From positions 9,486,001 through 9,550,000 of the forward strand of contig OZ281498.1 of the NCBI GenBank assembly GCA_965637545.1: a DNA stretch of 64,000 nucleotides, written 5' to 3'. Below the pieces are notes generated by a model. It saw only the letters and a list, made by a program, of their open reading frames with translations. It ran no database searches and was not told where the DNA came from. Within the stretch, counting starts at the first letter, position 1, and each line of letters starts with the position of its first letter. Source of the DNA: Phallusia mammillata (Eukaryota). The translations under genes and the position numbers were made by a program. Positions 20,865-31,799 of this stretch are shown piece by piece.

Positions 20865-21673
20865 TTTTTATGCACTAAGCACCTAGCTCAGCTATTTGAG
20901 CTTGGTAAAAATGCCACACTCTATATTGGGCACGGAATATATTTTATTTCATCCTTATACAAGAATAACCAAGCTACTTTAACGAGAAGTAAGAAAACAC
21001 AAAGGTAAAAATGCACGATTTTCCCTTTGTTAAAAGCATTGGCAGGGTGAAAAAATTGCACTACATGATGATGGAAGAAGCAAAACAGAAGAATTGTGAA
21101 ACTGAATGGTTTTGTTCATGATAAAAAAACACCAGCTTGCGTTTTATACACCGCGTGTCCACTTAAAACTAAAGCAAAAAATACACTTAAAGCAAGTTTT
21201 TCCCGACGCACTGTGAGACAGTCTACAGTGGAACGGATTAAAAGCAGCAAAAACGAGCGTATGTTAAAACCATATGGTTTCATGCACAAATAAGCCTTAA
21301 GCCAATGCTGTACAAAACAAATGGAAAGCAACAGAACACCAACAATCTAAGTGCTGTGTAAAGTCTGGCAAACAAGAAATGAAATCACACACTTCACAAG
21401 ACAATTGAAGACCTATTACGTCACAATGCTATATTGTGACGTTCCATTCTAGCGATGCACCGAACAGGCTAGCCATATAACACGATATTTTGCTCAACCC
21501 TTTGCTGAAAATTGCTTTAGGTTTAGAGCAGAGGTTTTCCAACTAGGAAAGGATGTCTTATATAGCAGCATGTTTTTTTTTCTAAAGAGGTGATTTTAGA
21601 ATGATGACCGGGCTACCCCCAAATGTCAAGTGTTTTTAAGAGTTATATGTGCCCACTTTTTTAAAGTCTAGAT

Positions 21674-21889
21674 CAGTGGTTCTCAAACTCGGTTTTCGGG
21701 GCCGCATGCGGCTCCCAACTACTCATTTTGCGGCTCGCACCAGACCTCAGAAAACCACCAAACATTGCTATTTTAGCTTTCAAAGTCATCTTTTTTAGTG
21801 ATTTTCTCAAGGTTTCGTTTTTTTGCGGCTCCCTACACACTTAAAAAATATCATTTGGACCCGACAAGAAAAAAGTTTGAGAACCACTG
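21674..21889. mobile_element. hAT (Charlie-like) MITE next to the assembly gap
   Basis: TIR CAGTGGTTCTCAAACT / AGTTTGAGAACCACTG; perfect TSD GTCTAGAT. Confidence 0.93.
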
Positions 21890-21914
21890 GTCTAGATCAT
21901 AAGACATCTTTGGT

Positions 21915-22114
21915 NNNNNNNNNNNNNNNNNNNNNNNNNNNNNNNNNNNNNNNNNNNNNNNNNNNNNNNNNNNNNNNNNNNNNNNNNNNNNNNNNNNNNN
22001 NNNNNNNNNNNNNNNNNNNNNNNNNNNNNNNNNNNNNNNNNNNNNNNNNNNNNNNNNNNNNNNNNNNNNNNNNNNNNNNNNNNNNNNNNNNNNNNNNNNN
22101 NNNNNNNNNNNNNN
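21915..22114. other. Assembly gap (200 N)
   Basis: Run of N. All ORF-track entries spanning it are unreliable. Confidence 1.
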
Positions 22115-24713
22115 GGACCATGATATGTGCTTGGTAAAATACTTTCGTACTTGCAATTTCGAAATCGGTATGCACGTGTCACCATCTGCATGTTCCAAAT
22201 AGAACTCAAATCCAACAGTTTGTGTCCATTGGAAGAATCCCAAAGGTACGCTTTGGCATCTCTAGAAGCAGATACTATCTAAAAGCACACTCACATTTGA
22301 GAACAAGCATATTTGGCAACAAACCAAAAGATACGATTTTCAAACCTGTTTATCATCTAGGCTAATATCTAGGTCTGTAACATCATCCTTGTGTCCGTGG
22401 ACATTGAAAACTTTTTCATGCACTTTATTGCCTGTGAGCTATTAAAACAAATGTTATCGATTGAGTTTGAAATATGGTAAGACTGTACTTGAATTTAACA
22501 TAAATTTAAAGCAGCTTAGTCGAAACCATAACTGCCACAGTGTTTTAATGCAGAACTTGACGGTGTAACTGCAGCACATTCAGTCATGATCCACCAATTG
22601 TGCCATTCGCTATTTTTTGTACCATAACACTTCGACGTTGGGCAGCTATTTCTGGCTTGGTGATGGTTTAGTGCCATTGTGACGCTATATGTGCTTTCAC
22701 CAAGCAAAATAAACTCAACTCAAAATATAACAATTGGTTTTGTTGTTTTTATCATGCAGGTTGTCAAACCACGGTTTATATAAGAACTAAGGAGAAAGGA
22801 AATCTAAGGTGCAAGTACCGAAAAAACAACTGACAAAAAGATAAGAACTGGAGATTGGAGTCAGAAGTTAAACAGACCAAAATATTTTGAGTTTTGTTTT
22901 TTCTCACCTTCCATGCTCGTAGGTGGCCATCAGAACCTCCTGCAACTATTAAGCTCCCGCTGTTGCTTATTTGTACAGAAGTCTAAAAAATAAAGCAAAA
23001 CTATGCTTTTGGAGCTTTATACATGCATCTTGAATTAATAATTCAGAGTTAAAAATTTTAATGTCTTAAAATTGAAGTCAGGATAACTTTTTATTCTTTC
23101 AAATTAATTTTGAAAGGCAATGTATTGAGTACCTTGCTTTCCAAAAATGTAATGGCCAACATACATGTTAAAAAATGACTTTGTTTTAAATGGTTTGTCA
23201 AATGCTCATGCCATGATAAGGAATACAAAAAACTAAAACAGTAGCACCTGATAGCTGAATCATTAAAAAAACTTAAAAAATGTGATGCCAGAACTTTTTA
23301 ATGCAAACAGGGAAACTTGAGCTTATTATCAATATGTTAGTTCTTACCTGAAAACCACCCTTTCCAGGGACACTATCAATTTCATGTTCTAAATTGAAGC
23401 TGTAATGAGTAACAGCCTGAGAGGGCTCTTTTTCTTTCTTACTCTTGCTATCAGACTTCTTTCTCCTTTTCACTGCAACAAATCACTTTTTTACACATTG
23501 TTGAATATTGGAAAAGCATAACATGATTTTTTTCATACCTGTGCTATCTGACTTATCAGTTTCCGCAGCTGGTTTTTGTGATCCAGAAACAGTGTACACA
23601 TTGCATTGGCTGCCCATACTTAGTGCCAGCATGCATTTTGATTGTCCTTTGGAAGTGTCTGTCAAAATTGAACATTCAAAAGTGTTGTTACCAACCTGGT
23701 CATAACATCAAAATTAAGTTTATTTACCAAGCGAAGTTAAATATGTAAGTTATGTTATAATCATTACTTGAACTGCCACTCAACACTAACTGTAAATCTT
23801 TTGCTTATTCATACAAGTCATGTATCTGCATAACTTTTAAACAGGGTGCAGAAACACCAAATATATAGTAAATTTTGTTCTGGTTTTATAATAGGGCTGT
23901 TAAGTTGGCTAAAAATGTTAGAACCCTACAATTTGAAAATGTTCCGATTTAAAAAAACATTTATGCTGCCCTTTAAAAAGTTGACAAAAATATCATGTCT
24001 CCACAATCCTGGTTGTTAGTATTGTGTAGAACTGTAAGTGCTAAAGAAACTATTATAAATGTAAGTTAAATGTTGATATACCATTTGTTACAGTTTTCGC
24101 ACTCATGTGCATGATTGCATGTTTGTCAGTTTCTAGCTGGTCTATGGGTTGAGCATGAAAACCTTTTCTTTGTTTTTCCAATTCAAACACTTGCTGAAAA
24201 ACATAAACGTAAGACATTTAGCATATAAACTACAAACAAATTTCAGTTAACACCTAATTATTTTATTGGCTACTGAATTCCAAATTGTATCCTAGCTATA
24301 AAATATTCTGTTTAATTGGATATTATGGTGGTAAAATGCAAAAGCTTGGGCAAAGCCTACTGTTTACCAGATTCTTTTGTGCATGCAGTGGTGGGATTCA
24401 GCTGGTTCGCAACTGTTCTATGGAAACTTCTGACTAAATTTTATGAGATCAGTGAACTGGTTACTGTCAACGGACTTTTGCAATAGAACTGGCTGAAAAA
24501 TATGACTTTTGTGATAGAATGGGCTGACAAAAAACTTGAATCCCACCACTGTGTACATGTACTTAAATCATAGATCTCATAACCATATAAACTTACTACA
24601 CAATTGCGCACACCAGTTTTGGCAGCTCCACCCCCTCCACCTACAAAGAAGGTCTTGTCATCGACAAATTCACAGCAATACATAGGAAAGGATACCTTGC
24701 ACAAAGCAGCCAT
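22115..24713 (-). CDS. PREB: Prolactin regulatory element-binding protein / SEC12 (Sar1 GEF, WD40 propeller), 5' part; runs into assembly gap
   Basis: Exon 24713-24597 encodes MAALCKVSFPMYCCEFVDDKTFFVGGGGGAAKTGVRNCV with the SEC12 GGGGxxKTGxxN motif. Further exons: 23695-23539 (5' edge ambiguous), 23472-23348, 22982-22908 (SGSLIVAGGSDGHLRAWK), 22438-22346 (HGHKDDVTDLDIS), 22278 to about 22115 (IVSASRDAKAYLWD...YRFRNCK). Phases are consistent. Confidence 0.9.
22560..22722 (+). mobile_element. Retroposon 3'-end copy in PREB intron 4
   Basis: Aligns by eye with 4957-5118 from ACGGTGTA.CTGCAGC to AATAAACTCAACTCA. Confidence 0.7.
24386..24551. mobile_element. hAT MITE, CAGTGGTGGGATT family, in PREB intron 1
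   Basis: TIR CAGTGGTGGGATTCA / TGAATCCCACCACTG; TSD TGTGCATG / TGTACATG. Confidence 0.9.
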
Positions 24714-24866
24714 GTTTTGCACTTCGCATATGGCAGCTGACACTAAAAAATGGACTCTAAGTGTTTACAATAAACTTCTAAAGCAACAAAAAATAAAATA
24801 ATCTGTAATTTGACATGAAATCGGCATACATTTCTAATCTGAGCAATTTAATGCACATTTAAAATG

Positions 24867-26159
24867 TTACTTCTGCAAGCCAACTGTGCATAAAGTCATG
24901 GTACTCGATTTTAATAGTTTTCGGTAACCTAATAAAACCACTTCGCCTCTGCCTTCAATAACATGTAGTTCTGAAAAAGAGGTGTTTCGAACAAAATTTC
25001 GCAAAAGCTTACTGCTGGAATCAATTTGATTGACCCATTGCAACATACCATCAGTTTCAAATGGTTTTAGGTCAAGCAAAAATAGACCCAGAGTGTTTTT
25101 AAGCAGACTGTTGTTAGAATTTCGTTGCGGCAATGAAATGTGAGATGTCAATTCTGGGACATCATCTGGCAAAGAATCAGAAGTATGAGCTAGCACGACT
25201 AATGTCTCACCAACTACAGTGAAGTTTCTTCCACTAATTACATTCAGTTTTGGTGAATAGCCTTTCAGACTGGGTGCAATTTCCACAGCCTGGTAAGTCC
25301 ATTCATTAAAGCCTGTCCGTAACAAAACCCAAACACCAAACAAGTTTCTATCAATTATAAGCAAAGCCATGGAGTAAGCTTGGCTCTTTATGCGAAAAAT
25401 CCCTTTGGAAGTGTCTGGAAAAATTTTAGTGGGCATCGCACCATTTAACACCTGTTTGTGCCAAGTTAAACTGGTCAGATTTAGGCACCACATCTCTTCA
25501 TTCCGAATTAAACCCATCTTGGTTCCACCATATACAGCTAATAAGTCCATTTCAGGGTCGTCTTCATCAATTAACACACATGATGAAGGAAGAAACAATG
25601 GAGGAGGGCTCTCTGCTTGCAGAAATGTTTTGTACTTCCATGAGCCTGTTTTAGTGTCATAAATATGCAAGTCATTGCTGTATTCGGCACTGCCCCTTCC
25701 TAAAGAGTTGCTCGGAGTCAGGGATGAACCACCAAAAAGGACAAGCCACCGTTTATATGCCTGCATACAACATCCAAATTTTGGAGGTGGAAACACACCC
25801 CTAGCGATGGGACGACTCCATGTTAAGCTATGCAGATCAAGTTTTAGAAGGTCATTAAATCCTGTCATTGTATTTGAAGCACATTTTCCTCCGAATACAT
25901 ATAGTGACCTTGTGAAATCGCAATAGCAAACACTTTCGCCAACCCGTGGTGTAACAGTAGTGGTTTGATCGCTATTAACATGGGTCCATTTGATTATTCC
26001 ACTTCTAAGGTCCTCTTCAAGACGCAGAGGCAACTTGGTAGCCACCTCACTTGCCACATGATTCCATTTGTGACAAACCATGGCTGCAATATTATGCTCT
26101 TTGTACGGAGACAGATATGAGACTATTGTTTCAAGAATTTCTGCAGGCAGGCATTCCAT
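24867..26159 (-). CDS. FBXO42: F-box/Kelch-repeat protein, FBXO42-like, 430 aa, CDS uninterrupted
   Basis: N-terminal F-box LPAEILETIVSYLSPYKEHNIAAMVCHKW resembles the FBXO42 F-box (SFLSPYQEH). Kelch blades YVFGG..FNDLLKLDLHSLTWSRP, LVLFGG..YSNDLHIYD, AVYGG..EMWCLNL. Splice acceptor CTAAAG ends at 26167, 7 nt before the ATG. Confidence 0.85.
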   Translation of the reverse strand: MECLPAEILETIVSYLSPYKEHNIAAMVCHKWNHVASEVATKLPLRLEEDLRSGIIKWTHVNSDQTTTVTPRVGESVCYCDFTRSLYVFGGKCASNTMTGFNDLLKLDLHSLTWSRPIARGVFPPPKFGCCMQAYKRWLVLFGGSSLTPSNSLGRGSAEYSNDLHIYDTKTGSWKYKTFLQAESPPPLFLPSSCVLIDEDDPEMDLLAVYGGTKMGLIRNEEMWCLNLTSLTWHKQVLNGAMPTKIFPDTSKGIFRIKSQAYSMALLIIDRNLFGVWVLLRTGFNEWTYQAVEIAPSLKGYSPKLNVISGRNFTVVGETLVVLAHTSDSLPDDVPELTSHISLPQRNSNNSLLKNTLGLFLLDLKPFETDGMLQWVNQIDSSSKLLRNFVRNTSFSELHVIEGRGEVVLLGYRKLLKSSTMTLCTVGLQK

Positions 26160-26599
26160 TATGAACCTTTAGCAACTTTATTTCAGAAGTAAGCTATTGT
26201 AAATAGGAAACATTATCTCAACACTTTGTAGTAAAAGTTTGCACCAAGTTAACATATATATACAGCAGCATATATTGTACTTTTCATCAAGGTACACAAC
26301 ATACACAAGGAAAACCATATTTTGGGAAAGTGAAATATCATGTCTTTAATGCGACATGCGTTAGTTTTTCAAATAAAATAAATTTATTAATGCCCAAAGT
26401 CCATACTCCATACAACCTTGCTCAAAGCAACAAATTCTACAAGTGAACTTAACGCAGCTTTCTAAGACAAAAACAAAATTATTAATACATATTACATAAC
26501 ACAGAAAAGCAGAAATTATAAATACTTAAGGAATGTCCTGTAGAACCACTTTAAAACTGACTATCTGTGATACACGTTGCTTTAACGAACACATTTTAC

Positions 26600-26999
26600 A
26601 AGTTCCGACTGATGTGTAGCTGCTTTTCCTCCAAGGCAAAACACGCAATGTAAATACAACACGCTTTTCTCATCCGTATCGTACATGCGTTCTAAAATGA
26701 ATTATGTCTCGACGGTCTGTCTACTTGTCTTGTTATTTAAGCTGAATTAAAAGACACAATTATTTTTGATAAAATGTTTTTAGGAATTGTTTGAATTTTG
26801 TTTTAATCGTTGAATAAAAATATTTTATCTGGTAATTTCCCTGGATATTTTGATATCTATGTTTTGTTCTGCTTCATTAAACAATGGCGCGCCTTGGCTA
26901 TTTACCCGTGGTGAAATTGCTCTCGCGTTTTGCGTGGTTAACTGCATGTGTTTCTTAAGTTTTATTTCTAAGCAAAGCATTCTGTAAAAGAATAGCTGT
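26600..26999. promoter_or_regulatory. Probable bidirectional promoter between FBXO42 and PTB
   Basis: Head-to-head genes with ATGs 1.3 kb apart. CpG-bearing patch with AATGGCG (YY1-like) at about 26883. Plus-strand donor-like CTGT|GTGAGG at 26999/27000. Both CDSs are immediately preceded by acceptor sites. Confidence 0.5.
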
Positions 27000-27467
27000 G
27001 TGAGGTTATTGTGGTTGTCGAAAATAAGAATAACAACAAGCAGCAATGCAACTTTTTTTTTAAATGTGATTTTTTGGTCTTTGCAAAAAATGTTTCCTTT
27101 TTGTTTAAGTTTAGGCCTGGTGAAACGTCTAAACTTGTACCACAACAAAACAACATTGTTGCAAATCTGTTTATTTATTTGTTTGGTTATTTATATTTCG
27201 CTCCATGAAACAATTGCAGAACAAATGCACTAAAACATTCACCGAACTAGAAATAGCTGGCTAAAGTTGAGAACTTGAGATCTTATGAACTGCCCACAGG
27301 ATAATTAAATGTTCAATGTACTTCAACTGCACCCTTATTGTCTATTAATGTAATATACCATTAAATAAGTTGTAATGATTAATTTTTATTACAAAATACT
27401 TGATTTTTGCTCTGTATTATCTCAACTCATTCTTATTATTGCATTGCATTAGGTTTCATGTTGTAGC

Positions 27468-29030
27468 ATGAAAACAATGGATATGTTCACTGGCAGTAGT
27501 GGCTCTAAAAGAATCAATGAAGACCCATGCATTCCAATATCTGGTTCCATAAATAACGGAGCAAAGAAAATAAGAACTGACAGAAGATTGGACGAAGAAG
27601 TTTCAAAAGTAATTCACATCAGGAATCTGCCTGCAGATGCTACGGAAAACGAGGTGATCCAACTTGGCTTAAACTTTGGCAAGGTTACCAATTTGTTGAT
27701 GCTAAAAGGTAAGAACCAGGCGTTTCTTGAAATGGAATCTGAAGAAATTGCTCAACAAATGGTTGAAGACTGTAGTGTAAGTCCCCCTACTATCAGACAG
27801 AGAATAATGTACATCCAGTTTTCTAATCACAAGGAGCTAAAAACTGACAACTCGCCAAATCAGCAAAAAGTTCAAGCTGTCCTTCAGGCCATGCAGCAAA
27901 CTGAAGGCGGTCCGAACCATGTGCTAAGAGTTGTTGTGGAAAATATGCTGTACCCCATAACTCTGGATATTCTGCACACAATCTTTACAAAGTTCGGCAT
28001 TGTCCTTAAAACTATTACTTTTACGAAAAACAACCAGTTTCAAGCTTTAATTCAGATGGGTGATGCTGTCCAGTCTCAAACTGCCAAGTTGTCGCTAGAT
28101 GGGCAAAATATTTATAATGGATGCTGCACTTTGAGAATTGAGTTTAGCAAACTTGAGGCACTTAATGTTAAGTACAACAACGACAAGAGTCGAGACTACA
28201 CAAGAAATGACCTGCCCTCAGGAGAAAATGCAATTTTAAGCACTCCTACATCTTTTCAGTCCATTTTGGGTGGCACCTCTTCGTCACTTATGCCTTCTCC
28301 TGTTCCCAACCATGCTGCTACTATTGCTGCTGCCCTACAACAGTCACAAATGTCACTTAGCTCAGGAAGTGTATTGAAAAGTGCATCTGTTGCTGCCCAA
28401 CTAGCGGCATTGGTTAGTGGCCAGCAGATGCCGAATAGTGGTAACAGTGTTTTGCATGTGTCCAATTTGAATGAAGGAGTCATTACTCCGCAAATGATTT
28501 TTATGCTGTTCGGAGTTTATGGAGATGTCATTCGAGTTAAAATTCTTTACCAGCGGAAGAACACTTCGCTGGTACAGATGAGCGACAGTACACAGGCTCA
28601 ATTGGCAATCAAGCACTTAAACGGAGTTAAGTTTTTCGGCCGTATGCTTCAAGTGGTTCTATCCCGGCATGCTCAAGTTCAGATGCCTAAAGACGGACAA
28701 GATGTTGAAAATTTGACGCAGGATTACACAAATTCAAACTTGCATCGCTTTAAGAAACCAGGCTCCAAGAATTTTCAGAACATTTTCCCCCCATCTGAGG
28801 TTCTTCATTTGTCTAACATTCCAGCAGAAGTATCTGAAGAATTCCTTAAGGAAACCTTTTCCAATTACGGGACTGTTGTTGGATTTAAGTTCTTTCAGAA
28901 AGATCGAAGAATGGCGCTGATTCAGTTGTCAAATGTTGAAGAAGCGGTTAAGTGTTTAGTCATGCTGCATAATCTCAAGCTTTCGGACACCAACCATCTT
29001 AGAGTTTCATTTTCCAAAAGCCTTATTTGA
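27468..29030 (+). CDS. PTBP1: Polypyrimidine tract-binding protein (PTBP1/2/3 co-ortholog), 520 aa, four RRMs, CDS uninterrupted
   Basis: RRM1 [22 protein letters not shown]; RRM2 [58 protein letters not shown]; RRM3 [23 protein letters not shown]; RRM4 [34 protein letters not shown]. Bipartite-NLS-like KR..KK at the N-terminus. Confidence 0.97.
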   Translation: MKTMDMFTGSSGSKRINEDPCIPISGSINNGAKKIRTDRRLDEEVSKVIHIRNLPADATENEVIQLGLNFGKVTNLLMLKGKNQAFLEMESEEIAQQMVEDCSVSPPTIRQRIMYIQFSNHKELKTDNSPNQQKVQAVLQAMQQTEGGPNHVLRVVVENMLYPITLDILHTIFTKFGIVLKTITFTKNNQFQALIQMGDAVQSQTAKLSLDGQNIYNGCCTLRIEFSKLEALNVKYNNDKSRDYTRNDLPSGENAILSTPTSFQSILGGTSSSLMPSPVPNHAATIAAALQQSQMSLSSGSVLKSASVAAQLAALVSGQQMPNSGNSVLHVSNLNEGVITPQMIFMLFGVYGDVIRVKILYQRKNTSLVQMSDSTQAQLAIKHLNGVKFFGRMLQVVLSRHAQVQMPKDGQDVENLTQDYTNSNLHRFKKPGSKNFQNIFPPSEVLHLSNIPAEVSEEFLKETFSNYGTVVGFKFFQKDRRMALIQLSNVEEAVKCLVMLHNLKLSDTNHLRVSFSKSLI

Positions 29031-29925
29031 GTCGGTGGGGTAGTGTGCAAAAAGAAGGCAATCTTTTGTTTGAATGGTCTGCTGCTCAGCAGTATTTTGG
29101 ATGTTGTGGGCTTTATTGTAAGGACGATGCGCTGCTGCATGTTAAGCCATGCCTGTCTACATAAAACTACATATATTTGTACCTAATGTTAAATACCTGT
29201 TGTTTGAAGCACTATCTCTACTTGTTACACACATTCAGTTTGTTGAGAAACAACTAAAATCTCTCTTTGAATGTTACATATTTTGTCTGAACAAATCTAT
29301 AAATTGTGATGTATAAAGTGTGCAAGAGTTCACTTAAATTTAATTGCAAGATTTTTTAGTGCACTGTCAATGCTGTGCATATCTAAGCATTATTAATCCG
29401 CAAGTCAACATTATTTTTTCTCTTTGTTTGTCTACACTTAGCATGGCTGTGAAAACATTATTGTACCAGTTTTTGTTGTGTCTCAAATACCCATCAACAG
29501 TACTATCCTTTCCAAGTGTTATTGCTGGTCAGTTTTCCAGTAGATATCCTGCTTTGCAACACATGCCAAATTGTAGTTTTGCATGAACAGTACTTTTACT
29601 AAGTATTTACAAAAAGGTATAAATTTGTGCAACTTTTTGTGAAACGGAATCAGATTTTGCATGCAAATTTGTTGTCATTATTTATAATGCAAGTTTTTTC
29701 ATGTAGTAACAATAAATTTATTTGTGTTATTTTATGATTTTTCAATGGCCAACAAGCATGATGTTGCTTACTATAGTACTTGAAGTAGTATTATGTTAGT
29801 AATGACTACAAACTGTAAGTAAAATAAGATTTTGCTTGTAATCATGTCACATACTTCGAAAGCAGTCCAAATAAATTCGGCCTTTTCATTGTCGTCTGTG
29901 CTAACTTGTACTAGCACAATAAACA
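29031..29925 (+). other. PTB 3' UTR with candidate polyadenylation signals
   Basis: T-rich sequence after the stop; AATAAA at about 29712, 29870 and 29918. The true 3' end is unknown and may extend towards 31.7 kb. Confidence 0.5.
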
Positions 29926-31799
29926 CTTCTAAAGTCAAAAACATGGCAAAAATGTGTTTCTATTTTATTGGTTTCGAAACTAACAAATTATTGTACATTT
30001 TTGTATCCAAAAAACTTGTTCAAGCTTGCAACAAATATTTTACTTCTTGTTTTCAATATTCTTTGAACATGTGTTTTAACTATCTGGTTTTCACAAATTA
30101 GATACACAGCAAGTTGGTAAGCCTTTGCCAAGGATTGTTCATAACAAACTTTGGTTAATTGTAAACTTGCTTGTGTTTCAAACATTGCTGTTAATGTACT
30201 GACTTGGCCCAGTTTTCCATTGAAATATATGTTTGGCGATTGCTTTTTCTGTCTGTCTTTTAAGCAAAAAGCTGGTGCTATTTATAAACGTTTCCCTACC
30301 ACCCATGACAGTACCACATTGTGTATGTAAAATGGTTCATATAGTGACCAATAGTCATTTCACTTAACTTTTTAATAGTTTCTGAGCATTCCTATTGCTG
30401 CGGACCGCTTCGGTTTTGCAAGCCTTTCGCTCTTAGATCTTTCTTTTTTCTCAAACCCCTAAAATGGCGAAACCATTCCTCTCTGTACTATTGTTATGCT
30501 CACATGAATGATTGTTCTTTTTTATTTTTTACTGATGTTATGTGTAGGTGTAGGTTTTAAATACGATTGATTAAATTATGTAGTTGTGCTATGAAATCTA
30601 CACAGAGCGGCATATCTTAAAAAGGTAGGTGGGATTTGCATATATTTGCCTAGATGATTCCTTTTATCGGCTTAATCCATGTTTGCATAATGAATCATTA
30701 GTTAAAGAAAATATTCCATTTAATCCTGTATCTAACCAACAGCTTCAAAACACTAAAAAACATTGTCTGTAAGTGTAAAATTAAATTATTGCAAAAAAAA
30801 AAATCTCAGCAAAAAAATCTGTGTTCCCCAAATTGCTTCAATCATGACTGCAGATTTAAATAACTACATCAATGACTTTTATGTTGTATGTAAGTAATTG
30901 TATGCCTGTTATGTTATGTTCCTTGCTCTTTTGGCCCTAAACAATATTTGCCTCAGCATGCCCATTATAAGGGTTAATTTTTAAAATGGATTAATAATAA
31001 CAATGTACAATTTAAATATTGTTTTTATGCATGATGACTAATAAGGTAATGAAGGGCTTACAAAAAAGCATTCAAGGACTTCTTCGATTCTGTGAACTTG
31101 GTGTTTTGAAACAATGTAGTATGCTAATACGGTGTTATGCACTTTAATTACAGATGTAAAACATGTACAATATAATTTTCTAGGCAATACCAACATCTTT
31201 GGTGGTTAACTTTGGCCAAACACTGTTTCAGCTTTTCACCAATACAAGGTTAGTTTAATTTGTATTTTTTACACAGTAGCTTTTTAAATTTGGGTATGGC
31301 CGTTTGTGATGTTGAAGCAATGCAATTTGAATTCGATTAAAACATGAACAGCTTTCTAAATCTTGGTTGAAATTCTTTTAAATATCTGAGTGCTGCTAAG
31401 GATACTATTAACAGTTTTAGTTAAGTTTGTCCTGGTTTTCATTATTAATAACTTATCAAGAAACTCATCAGGTAACTAGAAACCATTCAGTTGTGTTTGT
31501 AGAAAAGTGTTTATAAGTGCAATTCATAATGTGGTTTATATATACTTCTGCACGTCAAACAATGTTATATTAAACAAATCATTCAAAACCAAAATTAATA
31601 ACTTGTAAGAATTTTAACTGTGAAATAACAACAAAAAGTGTGTATATATGCTGTTTAGGTTTGGTGTAAAAACTAAAGAACAGGTGCAATTATAGCCCAC
31701 ACTTATAGAATGAAATCAAAAGCAGTTTTTCTCCATTTTCATTAAAACAAAAAAATCGCATTAAAAACGCTACACCAAACACATTTGTAATCTTAATGC

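Noticed and set aside
21823-22243. Four ORF-track entries spanning the N run
   Set aside because: Artefacts of translating Ns; only the PREB frame to the right of the gap is supported.
25390-25926. Plus-strand ORFs inside FBXO42 (and minus-strand ORFs inside PTB)
   Set aside because: Antisense shadows of real coding sequence.
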